Assembly (NCBI GenBank): GCA_965644315.1
Contig: CBFFRQ010000186.1
Span: 1 to 43,554 of the forward strand
Length of the DNA stretch: 43,554 bases
Source of the DNA: Caecitellus pseudoparvulus
Taxonomy: Eukaryota; Protista; Bigyra: Bicosoecida
Reading direction: 5' to 3'
Positions within the stretch are counted from its first letter, which is position 1; each line of letters opens with the position of its first letter. Shown piece by piece: positions 10,913 through 21,257 of the stretch. Below the pieces are notes generated by a model. The model had not been told where the DNA came from. It saw only the letters and a program-made list of their open reading frames with translations, and did no database searches. Both the position numbers and the translations under genes were made by a program.

Positions 10913-11854
10913 ATGCTGCCAATCAGCCGTAATGAGGCTGAAGCGCCTCTGTGTCCTCCCAAAACCTTTGTACGTGCGGCAAAGATGTGGATCGGTCATC
11001 CTCCACGGCAACCACCCACAATACAAACACCAATCACTGCACCTGGCATGAGACCCGCCTACAAGCATGTTGTGACACGCTTTGAACCATTGCCCAGGTT
11101 CAAGCAAGCCATGGGGGGGTCCGACGAGTTCGAGGCTGCCTCGCGTGCATACTGGCGAGAGCGGCACCGAGCCGTGCAGCACCTGTCTGACAGCCAGTAC
11201 TTGCTGGCACACATGGTCAGACTGCCCCTGTATTTATGGGAAACTGCAGTACCTGCGACGGGTGCCGTTATTGTGGCTGACATGTTGCACAGCTACGCAA
11301 AGGGGTTCCGCGCAGCGTGAGTTTCGGCGGCGTTTCAGGCGGATGGCCACACCCCTGTCACTTGTGCTCCCCACCTCCACAGCTCCATTGGCGAGCGGAT
11401 CAAAGCATCTGGGCCTGTGGGCGTGCGGACTGCACTGCGCATGGCAGGCCTCGTCGTGCTACAACAAGCCACAGAGCAGGCTCTGTGTCGCACCCTGCGG
11501 GTGGGTGAGCGATACGAAGCTGACCCATACGATGGCCTGGGCCGTCTCACAGTGCTGCGGGCAGCAGCTGGGCTTGCAGCAGGGGCGGCCGTCGCTGCGG
11601 TTGGAAAACACGGTTTTTCGTTCTTTCATTCCGCTGCCCGTGCAGCGCGGCACCCGAAACATGTGTACGTGGGAGCCTGGTCCCTCGCCGGTGGCTTCTG
11701 GGGCATGAGCGGCACAGCGCACGTTGCCAGCGTGTCCCTGAACGCCAGAGCAGCATGGGGTGAGGCGCTTGGCGGGGAAGCAGCGCCAGCCGACTTGAAG
11801 GCCCAAGTGGCCGCCTCTGCCGCCCAGGCGCGGAAGGGGGGAGAAGACAGGTGA
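10913..11854 (+). CDS. Divergent Tim17/Tim22/Tim23-family membrane protein (2 exons; start could be 10913, 10985 or later)
   Basis: Intron 11317-11382 (GTGAGT...CCACAG) joins ORF 10913..11320 in frame to 11417..11854. The product has HSYAKGFRAASIGERIKA (cf. yeast Tim17 HGIKGFRNSPLGER), QATEQAL..R..EADPY and a small-residue AAAGLAAGAAVAA helix. Confidence 0.55.
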
Positions 11855-11874
11855 CGCCAAGTTGGGCAATGCAC

Positions 11875-14800
11875 TCACTTTGCAGCCTTGCCGGCGGCTG
11901 CCTTGTGCTTGCCCTTGGGCTTCAGCAAGCCTCGGTGCCACAGCTCACTGCGTGCGTGCAGTGCGGCTTGCTGGGCGCGCTCGTTCGCCGCCCTGCGACC
12001 GGCAATCAGCGCAGCCAGCGTCGCTCGCAGGTGCTTCAGCTTCACCCGCACATGCTGCTGCTGCTGTGCCGCCCCTGTGTCACCCGCCACCTGCATCCAG
12101 TAATCCAGGCTGCCCCCTGCAGCCACGGCTTGCATGCTGCGCTGGCTACCTGCCGCACTGGCGAACTCCAGGACACTGGTGGTGGGCGGTGAGAAAACAG
12201 TGTTGGCCAGTCCGCCGCCGCCCACACCCACCACGACGTCAGCCAGCTGGAACATGCGCAGAACGGCGGCCAGGGGCGCCGCCGCCACGTCCACCTCCAC
12301 GATCGTCATGCGCGCGTCCACCACGGGCACTGCGCCAAAGGAGCCGTTGAACTGCGACCCGTCCACACGAGGCGTCAGGAGCGTGCCCCCTTCATGTGCA
12401 GCCTTGCTGGCATGGACGGCAGCTGCTCGCCGCTTGGCCAGCGCGCCTTGGGCCGCCTCCTCCTGCTCAGTGCGTAGCCATGCGCGCAGGTGCAGGAGGC
12501 CAGTCTCGGCAGCCACCTGCATGTCGTCGGCTTGCCACCGCTGGCCAATCATGGGGTGAGTCATCTGGGCGAGCGTGTCGGAGTCACTGGCGCCAACGGA
12601 CATGACGACGGCAGGCGAGCCAGTGCGCTGGCCTCGCATGCCGCCGTGGTGCGTTTCCTCCACAGCCTCCTGGAAAAACGCCTTGAGGCAGCGCATCACC
12701 GCCTGGGGCTTGGCTAGCGCCCTCCCCGTGTCCACATCACTCGTGACAACCACCACGTTGCGAATGGGGGGGTACGCCAACACCGTCCCATTATCCCACA
12801 GAAAAGGACTGCTGAAGCCGCTGAAGCTCTGCCAGGCGGGGGGGGGCTCCTCCCACTCCCCGTTCTGCTGGTCAGCGCTGCCTGCCTTGGCGCGCTCAGC
12901 ACGGCTGCGTTTCTTCCACTTGCGCCGGCGGCGTGATTTGACGCGTTTCTCGCCCGTCTCTACCTCCGCTGCCCTGCGCACTTCTTGCGTCGTGTCCAGA
13001 GCATGCTCCGGCTGGGGCTTGGGCACCAGCAACCCTGCAAAGTGGCGGCGCACGAGCTGCAGGAGTGCTCGTGGGGCAACGGGGGCGGCACGCGCACATC
13101 CTCCGAAGCTTGTTCACCCCACACCTCCACGCCTGCCGCCAGCAGGGACGGTTTCACTTCCCCCTGCGTTTCAGTTGCGGAGCGTCCACGCAAGCCTACC
13201 TGGGACAGTGGCAGCTTGCCCTGCAGCCGAGGCTCCCACACAGCAGCCAGAGCACGACGAGATGCGATGGACTCGCTGGCGTTGAAGGGCGGTGGCAGGG
13301 TCAGCCTGTCAGCAGCAGACAGCACTGTTTCTGCGGTCGCCATCACCTCCGCATCAGCCATGGTGCTTTCGGGGACAGCTCCCAGCCCCGTTGGCGCCCG
13401 GTGTGGCGGGGGGCCCCATGTGCCCACGAACAGCTTGTCAGCATGCACGACAGTGTGGTGGGGGTGCACGAGCACCATGTGCCCAACGCCAATACGCAGC
13501 ATGTCAGCGAACGCACCCACGTACGGCGCCCCGGCTCGCAGGAGAATACGCATGTCAGGCAAGTCTGCCATGGAGGCGTGCCCTGCGCCAGAGGCACGGT
13601 TCTTCAACTGTTCAGTGACCAGCATGAAACGCGGCAGCACCTGCGTCACCCACGCAGTGTACGTGTCTTGCCCAGGCTGGATTAGGGACAGGCCCACTGG
13701 CACTCGAACCACTTGCTTTGCGGGTGGCGCCATGCCGCCTGTGCCTGCATCGCCGTGAAAGTGCCGAGCCATGTGGCTGACCGAGCCCGCATCCACTGCG
13801 AAGACGGTCTTGTCATCGTACACAATGCCTGCTGCCCCTTCTACAAACACGTCTTCGAACTCGAGAAAGTGCATCTCGCCCTCCCAGAACCGACCCGTGA
13901 CACACCCCGCATTCGGCCCGAACTGGTACGAAGCAGGCAGCTGTGCGTACGTGCCGAGGGCTGGAGCCAGTGGCGAGGCGTCTTCCGCTGCGGGTGTGCC
14001 GAAAGACGCCGCACCCGCCACACGCCCTGTCCACGATTGTGCTGAAGCGGACGCCTCAGGCACGAACTGCGGCAGGAAGGAGCCATAGGGCTCGCCCCAG
14101 GTGAGAAAGTACAGCGGGTCTGCCGCCACCAACCCCCCCTCCGCATCCCACTCCGCAGCGGTGTCCGCCAGACTGGACATGTGGGCAGTGACGTTGGTGA
14201 CGAGCTCTCGCCTCCGCACCGCACGCCCTTCGCCCTGTGCAGCATCAGGCCACGTGGCGCGTGGGCCCATGTCTGCAACTGTTTGAGCCAGGCGCCTGGG
14301 GCCACCTACGCTCCCGCTGCTCCCATCGTCAGCCGCCTGCCAAGGTTTGCCAGTGCTGAGCGCGACATCCTGAGACTCCACGGACACCTCCCGTACCCTG
14401 GAAGCCTTGCGTGCGGCGTGAAGCGATGCCTGCAGGCGCCACCGCTGCAACACCTTGCTCTGTGCCAGGGCCAGTGCTGGGGCAGCGGCGTCCCATCCCC
14501 CCACCGCCTGCAACTGCTCACCCAGCGCCGCTAGCGTGCGCCCCTCCCAAACGAGGCGCTCCATGGCCTGAAGGCGCTGGGAGGCGGAGCTGACGTTGGC
14601 TAGCACTGCAGTTTGCGCCACACTTGCCTCCCGCACGGCTGCCAGTGTTGCGTTGGCAGCTTCTCGCTCCTTGCCACCCAGGGCCTGAGCGGCCGAACCC
14701 TGCAGAGCCAGAGCGAAGGCCTTGGCTTCCGGGAAGGCTCCACAGGCCTGCACAGCATCTAGCGCTGCGCTGTACTGTGCCTCCACACCTGGGTTCAAGT

Positions 14801-14969
14801 CCCCATGTCTGGAAAGCGCGGTGGGGTGCGCAGCTGCCGCCAAGGCGCCTCCGCAGGGAGTGCTGCTGTCCACGCCGATCCACGTGGGCAGCTCAACCGC
14901 TGCCTCCCCTGCCGCTAGCACCAGAGCAAGAGCTCCAAGCACCGCCCTGAACACCTTCATACCCATCAT
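11875..14969 (-). CDS. Glycosyltransferase family 61 (DUF563/EOGT-like) protein with signal peptide; one apparent frameshift
   Basis: ORFs 12960..15137 and 11875..13053 join if one base is added at G5 13081-13085 (..VRVPPP/VAPRALLQLVRRHF). Signal peptide MMGMKVFRAVLGALALVLAAGEA from 14969. GT61-like motifs YTAWVTQVLPRF and LRMFQLADVVVGVGGGGLANTVFSPPTTSVLEF. Confidence 0.7.
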
Positions 14970-15639
14970 GAATATCGGTGATTCGGCTCTTGAGTCGGCA
15001 AATCCTCCTGTGCTGATGCAACCGGACTCGCTTTCTTCAGCGACCTTGCGGAAATCGGGCAGACGATGGCTCCCAACGAAATAGCCAGGGGAACGAGAGA
15101 ACAGGCACAGAAGTGCCCAAGTACGGATGTGGGACAATACATCAGGTACATGTCAGCTTTCACGTGCTTCGAATTTTCCTTTACTTCCTCGCTGCGCGAG
15201 TTCGGAGCCTGGGCGCGAGGTGCTGGACAAGACGCAGCACAGCACAGACCTCGAGGGAACAAAATCCACGGCTGAAAGCGAGCCCTGTGGAATGCACAGT
15301 GGCGTTTTCAAGAGCATGCAAGGGTCAGCTGCGGCGTGCACTCCCCGCGATCGCAAGGCCTCCTGTCCCACTCACACCCAGCCTCCTTTTTTGACCCGGC
15401 CGCATCAGTGAACTGCACCCGATTCGACGCACAGCTGCATTGCCCCGCTCCCGCTGGTCGTGCCCTGCATTTACACCCACTCGGCGCCCGCTACCGCCAC
15501 CACCTCTGCCACGTGCGCCTTCCAAGGCTGCCTGGCTGCGGAGCAACTGCAGTCGCATGCGGCGAGTGCGAGACCTGCTCTGCCACGGCTGCACACCCGT
15601 CGGAACTCTGCAAGTTAGACGCCTCTGCCCTTTTCAAAC
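14970..15639. promoter_or_regulatory. Putative bidirectional promoter region (GT61-like / CDKL)
   Basis: Divergent start codons 670 bp apart; contains TGCGGAAAT at 15047-15055. Confidence 0.45.
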
Positions 15640-16733
15640 ATGAACAAGTATGAAGTGCTGGGCATTGTCGGGGAAGGAGCCTACGGCGTCGTGCTGCGGT
15701 GCCGCAACAAGGTGAGGCCTGGCTCGCGAGCGGAAATTGCACATCGCGCGGGCGCCGGGAAGGCGACGTGGGCACCAGCTCCCTGCACGGCGTGCTCCCT
15801 GACGCACAGGAAACGTCCGAAACCATTGCAATCAAGAAGTTCAAAGAGAGCGAGGGTGCGTGCTCCGTCGAAGCTCCGCAGGAGCTGGCCCTGCACACTC
15901 CACGCACCGCTGCGCAGATGATGATGTGGTGCGCAAGACCACGCTGCGGGAGGTGAAGATCCTGCGGCAGCTGCGCCACCCCTGCATCGTGTCCCTGCAA
16001 GAAGCCTTCCGGCGCAAGGGCAAGCTGTACTTGGTCTTCGAGTACGTGGAGCGGAACTTGCTGGAGTTGCTGGAGGCGCACCCGGGCGGCCTGAGCCAGC
16101 AACAAGTGCAAACCTTCATCTTCCAGCTGTGCATGGCCATTGACTGGTGCCACTCGCACCGCGTCATCCACCGCGACATCAAGCCTGAGAACCTGCTCGT
16201 GGACGCCGCAGCAGGCACCCTGAAGCTGTGTGACTTTGGGTTCGCACGCACCCTGCCCAGCAAAACCTCCTCTCGCGCCAAGGCACTGACAGACTATGTC
16301 GCCACAAGGTGGTACCGGGCGCCGGAGCTGCTGCTGGGCAGCACAGACTACACCACTGCCGTGGATATCTGGGCCATCGGCTGCATTATGGGGGAACTGG
16401 CAGACGGGCAGCCACTGTTCCCCGGTGACTCGGACGCCGACCAGCTGCACGTGATCCAGCGGGGCATTGGGCCCATGACTTCCGCCCAAATGGAGCGCTT
16501 CTTGAAGGCCAAGCGCTTCCGCGGCGTGAAGTTCCCCGACATCTCCCGCTCGGCGTCCCTTGCGGAGAAATATGGCGCCATACTGCCGCCCGCTGGCGTG
16601 GACTTCATGCGGGACTGTCTGCGTATGGACCCCGCCCGACGCCTCACGGCACGGCAGGCTGTGCTGCATCCCTTCTTCAGCGGGCTGCCTGAGGCGTTCG
16701 GGTGGGAACCGTACGAACCCGACTCCCCAAAGA

Positions 16734-16764
<31 letters not shown>

Positions 16765-18074
16765 AGCAGCACCGGCAGCAAGCCGAGGTAGCACCAGCAC
16801 AGCGACAGAGGCCAGTGGACGAGCAAGTGAAGTGGCATTCCAGGGAGGGGGGGGGCATGCCCCCTCTGCTGTGGCACGCCACACACCGTCAGAAGTGGGG
16901 TGGGGCCACACCCAGGCTGCCCGGGGTGGTACTGGTTCGCGGGGCGGCCACCGAGCGCCGAACACGACGAAGTGGCTAGGGTCGGATGCCAGCGGAGGGC
17001 GGGGCGGCATCCGGAACACCATGCAGACGCTGGGCGTGGGCAGTGAGGACGGCATGCCAGCTCGCATGCCGTCTCGGGCTGGCAGCAGGGCGGGCGGTCC
17101 GGCTGTGCTGCGGTCCCTGTCGCGGGGGGGGCACCGCAGCGGGGGAGGGGGGTGATGCCCTGCACATGATGGGCGTGATGGGTGCCGAGCCAACACCCAG
17201 CAGTGTTCCGCATGCATCTCCCCCCGCGGCCACCCACGCCAGCGAGGGCAAGGACTCCCCGGATGGGTATGAAGACGAGTGGGAGGAGAGCAAGAGCCCC
17301 GCGATGATGCCGGCGCAGCCCCTGCATGCCAGCCCCGCCCAGCCGCGCCGTGTTATCCCCCTGCAGGCGTCCGGACCGGACCCCGCCAACCGCACACCCA
17401 GCAAGCTGGGCATGTACGGCGCTGCTGCGCGGGCAGGAGGCGGCGGCGGCGGCGGCGACGTGTCTGGTCACACCTCCTCGCGTGCCAGTCGTACACGCGG
17501 CTCTCGCAGGCGGCGGCAAGGGTCTCGCCCCGCCACACGCGCCACGCCACACCGCAGCAGCAAGGGCGCCGAGCGCCACTCTTCCAGAGGCACCGGCGCT
17601 GGAGCCGCATACGGCACGGGCCCTGCCTCCTCCATGTACAGACCAGGTACCAGGGGCGACGGGGACACGTCCAGGCGCCAGCGTGTGCCCAACGCACGCC
17701 ATGCGTTGCCTGGGCCCGTGCACGTGGCCGGTCGCGTGCCGGGTCGCGGTCGCGAACAGCGGCACGTCGCAGCGCCGACTCGGAGCGGCCTGGGGCAACC
17801 TACTCACCGCCCTGGCCAGCAGCTGGGCAGCTCTGCCACTGCTGTGGCGCAAGCTCGCGCTGATGCGGCAGGCTCACGGTCCAGCGGCGTGCAGTTGCCA
17901 GGCGGGCCGCTGGCGGATATACCCTCCTTTCACCAGCGCTCAGCGGCTGCAGGGGCCCGCTTGCAGCCGCTGGGCTCTGTGCCTGAAGCCCAGATTCCCG
18001 AACAGAGCTTCCGCAAGAGTCAGTTCTACGTGGCGCCGCTGCCGGGGTTTGGCGCAGCGGCACACCACAAGTAG
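15640..18074 (+). CDS. CDKL5: Cyclin-dependent kinase-like Ser/Thr kinase (CDKL5/LF5-like) with a long low-complexity C-terminal tail
   Basis: Exons 15640-15711, 15810-15855 and 15918 onward give [60 protein letters not shown], then [11 protein letters not shown] and [13 protein letters not shown]. The frame stops at 17155 within G-runs. The tail probably continues (+1) in ORF 16986..18074, so the end is less certain. Confidence 0.9.
16734..16768 (+). repeat. 12-bp tandem repeat (CAGCTCCAGCAC x ~3) encoding an AP linker
   Basis: Directly visible; encodes [11 protein letters not shown] just after the kinase domain. Confidence 0.8.
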
Positions 18075-18228
18075 AGCGCTGACTCCCCAGTGCACGCAGC
18101 AAATTCACTCACTCACCAAAACAAACCCGTTCAGCACCTTCCACTGCATGCCACATGCACCAGCCGACCCCTCTCGCCGCCTGCGCAAGCTCGCTTGCGC
18201 TGCCGAGGCCACACCTTGCCACTGCACA

Positions 18229-19740
18229 ATGTCCACAGCCACACCAGCCGGCGGCGGCCCGCCAACAGCAGCATGCATGAGTACCCCAGAAATGGTGGAC
18301 TTGGCGGGCATTGCCCAGCGCCACCTGTCCCAGGAAAACCAAAAACTGCGCCAGGAAGTGCAGGCTCTGGTGCATCGGGAGCAGCACCTGCGGGAGCTCA
18401 TTTCAGCCGCCAGCACGCCGGCGCCGCCTGCGCAGGTGGCCGACGCCATGGCCCCCGATACAGACCCCCAGCAAGAACGCTTGGCGAACTTCATGCGCCT
18501 GAAGCAGCTGCTGCCGCCCCGCATCGTGTCAGCCGTGATGGGTGATGTCGACGTGGCCGCTGGCGACCTCGCCACCACTGCACCTGCCACCGAGGGCACA
18601 GACTCAGCGCAGGGCGGTGAGCCTGCGCAAGAGGCCATCCTAGCTCAGTTAGACGAAGACCTGGCTGAAATCCCCCCCGACATGCAGCAGGCAGCGCTGC
18701 GCGAACACATCGTCTGCCTCATGCACCAGATCGAGGAGCAGGAGTCAGAGATCTTCCTCTTGCGCTGTGACCTGCAGCAGCCCCTGCCTCAGGCCCAGCC
18801 CTCGGGGCCAACACAGGCACAGCCTTCGTCCGGTGCCGAGGAGGCCCCGCCTGCGTGGGCCCAGGCGCTCCTGGCAGGCATGCAGAGTCTCTCGCAGCAG
18901 GTGCAGGCGCAGGGTGAAGCCATCCAGCGCCTGGCAGCGCAGCAGGGTGCGACGCCCGCCCCAGCGGCGCCAGGGGATACCTCCCAGGCAGCACAAACCC
19001 TGGGCACGTCCATGACCACGCCACAGCAACCAGATGCCCCACAGACCTCCGCCGACGCCGGCCAGCTCAGCACTCTGCAGCACACTGTGAACCACGGCAT
19101 GCGGAAGTTGAAGGAGGGCCTGGGGCGCATTGGCGCAGATGTGCGGACCATCAAGGGCCGGTTGACCGCCCCCTACCACGCGCACAGCATAGTGCAGCCC
19201 CACGAACCCGTGCCAGTGCCAGTGCCCGCTGCCTTGCCACCCGGCCGCAACAGCCCCCCTCCAGGCATGGCACAGGGGGGCCGCGTGTCACCAGCCAGCG
19301 TGGGCCCACCACCTCCACCCCAGCCGGCCTCCCTGGACCCTCAGGCCCTGCATGGCATCCTGCGCCGCGTTGTGAGCGCCACCAGCCGGGTGCAAGACAA
19401 GCACCGCTCAGGCGAACTGCCCTCCCCAGCCCACCCTCGCTCAGCAGGCTCCACGTCAGCCACACACGGCACCAGCCGTGGCACGCCCACGGCGCAAGGC
19501 AGGGCTGATGCCGGCGCCCACCCCAGTCCCATCGAGCGGCAGGGACGGTTCGTGGACCGCGTCGCAGTTGCCGCGGCGGCCACACGGGCCACCGACGCGC
19601 CACCCAGCACCAGTGCTGACTACGAGGCCCGCCTGCGAGAAAAGGCCACTCGGGGGGCCAAGGCGGCAGGGCTGCGGCGCCGGCGGCGAGGTTCGCAGAC
19701 CTCCACAGACCGCTCCGAGAGCAAGGCTGGCAGCCTGTGA
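18229..19740 (+). CDS. Hypothetical coiled-coil / Pro-Ala-Gln-rich protein (~500 aa)
   Basis: 3' part of ORF 17326..19740 from ATG 18229. Heptad-like segments LSQENQKLRQEVQALVHREQHLREL and LREHIVCLMHQIEEQESEIFLLRCDL; GC3-rich codons. Confidence 0.75.
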   Translation: MSTATPAGGGPPTAACMSTPEMVDLAGIAQRHLSQENQKLRQEVQALVHREQHLRELISAASTPAPPAQVADAMAPDTDPQQERLANFMRLKQLLPPRIVSAVMGDVDVAAGDLATTAPATEGTDSAQGGEPAQEAILAQLDEDLAEIPPDMQQAALREHIVCLMHQIEEQESEIFLLRCDLQQPLPQAQPSGPTQAQPSSGAEEAPPAWAQALLAGMQSLSQQVQAQGEAIQRLAAQQGATPAPAAPGDTSQAAQTLGTSMTTPQQPDAPQTSADAGQLSTLQHTVNHGMRKLKEGLGRIGADVRTIKGRLTAPYHAHSIVQPHEPVPVPVPAALPPGRNSPPPGMAQGGRVSPASVGPPPPPQPASLDPQALHGILRRVVSATSRVQDKHRSGELPSPAHPRSAGSTSATHGTSRGTPTAQGRADAGAHPSPIERQGRFVDRVAVAAAATRATDAPPSTSADYEARLREKATRGAKAAGLRRRRRGSQTSTDRSESKAGSL

Positions 19741-19828
19741 CACGCCTGCGCCAAACCACTCACGCCGTGTACACAACCCCCACACTGCCGTCCAAAGCCC
19801 CTGTATTTCTCCCCTTTCCGCCATAGCC

Positions 19829-21005
19829 ATGGTCTCCACTCGCAGCCGCAGCAGCGGCCGCCGCCGCGCCGCCCAGTCCCCTGAGCCGCAGGCTGCGCCA
19901 TCTTCGCCTGACTCCGTCGCACCTCCTGACCATGCCAACGAGCCTGAGGCTGGACCAATGGATGCCACTGACTTGCTGCGTGCCATCTTCGAAGCCCATG
20001 ATGCAGATGGCAACGGCGTGCTGAGCCTCAGCGAGCTGGCAGTGGTGAGGGCCCTTCGCTGGTCGCGTTCAAACGAATTTCCGCAACACAACCGCCACGC
20101 CCACCGCACAGGCGTTTGCCGCTGCTGGCGTGCCCCGGAGCTACATGGAAGTGCGCGAACTCCTGGAAGACGCCGACACTGACCACAGGTTCGTTACTGT
20201 GCCGCTGTCCCTCCTACATGCCTGCGCAAGGGCTTGCCATGCTGCACTCTCCGCTCGCTTCGCCTGGCACAGCGGCGACTTGGATTTCGAGGAATTCCTG
20301 AAGGCAGTGCGGGAAGCCGGCCCCGCCTCTCCCTGGGCGTCCTTGGGTACATCTGACTCCCAAGGCCACGCCGAGCGCGAGGCAGTTGTGCGGGCTGAAG
20401 CCTCCCTTTCTCGCGTGCTGGCCCCACTGCACACTCAGGCGCACAAGGACGCACTGCTCATGGCCGAGGGCGATCCGACCCGCTACATCGCCCTGCCCGG
20501 CACAGACATCGCAGTGCCCCTCGCCACCCCCGGCTCGCGCATCTTGGGCCGGACGCTGTCGCTGCTGGTGCTTCTGGCAGCCAGCGTGGCTGCGGCCGCG
20601 CTGACGGCCGCCACAGCCGGCACAGTGGCTGCCGCTGTCCACCTGTACAACCGCCCGTCTGTGGACATCTCCCTGGCTGTCCTGGCAGGTCTCGCCGAGG
20701 GGGGGCACATGCGCTGGGCGCTGTTGGGGGGTGCCCTGCTTGGGCCCCTCGCTTTCGCCTCCTTCCCCGCCCTGCGCCGAGGCAAGACGGTGGCGGCCTG
20801 GCTGGCCGGCAACACCGTCATCGTGGCATCCACAGGGCGGCCCCTGCACCCCCTCCTCACCATGCTGCGGGAGTCCGTGTCAGGCATGTGCCTGCCTCTG
20901 GACTTGGGCTTTGCGCTGTGTGTGTCTCCCTCTGGCCAGCGCCTCGTGGACTACTTGTTGGGCACGCAGGTCGTGGCTGACGTCACGGCGGATGTGGCGG
21001 CCTGA
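19829..21005 (+). CDS. EF-hand pair + RDD-family membrane domain protein (3 exons)
   Basis: Exons 19829-20044, 20112-20188 and 20273-21005. Splicing yields the EF loops DADGNGVLSLSE and DTDHSGDLDFEE. The C-terminus has the RDD pattern: LATPGSRILGRTLS...GKTVAAWLAGNTVI...TGRP...LRE...SGQRLVDYLLGTQVV. Confidence 0.8.
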
Positions 21006-21257
21006 GGCCCCGTCTGACGCGTGGGAACCACAGTTCTCGCCGCGTGACAATGCAGCTTGCGTTTCAAGCAGGCCCTGCAGCAGGCGGAGCTGACTCGCGT
21101 CTCCAACACCGTGTCAATACACAGGCATCTGTGTGTGAATGCTAGCAAACGCCTACACTCTTCTTGCCCCCTGTACTGAAGCACCGTGAAGTACGGCACG
21201 CAGCGTGCGCAAGCGCTCCCTCCTCAGCCCACCCTCGACGCCGGCCCCTGCCCCGCC

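Noticed and set aside
17326-18228. 5' extension of the 804-aa ORF overlapping the CDKL tail
   Set aside because: Off-frame read of the kinase tail; composition becomes protein-like only from ATG 18229.
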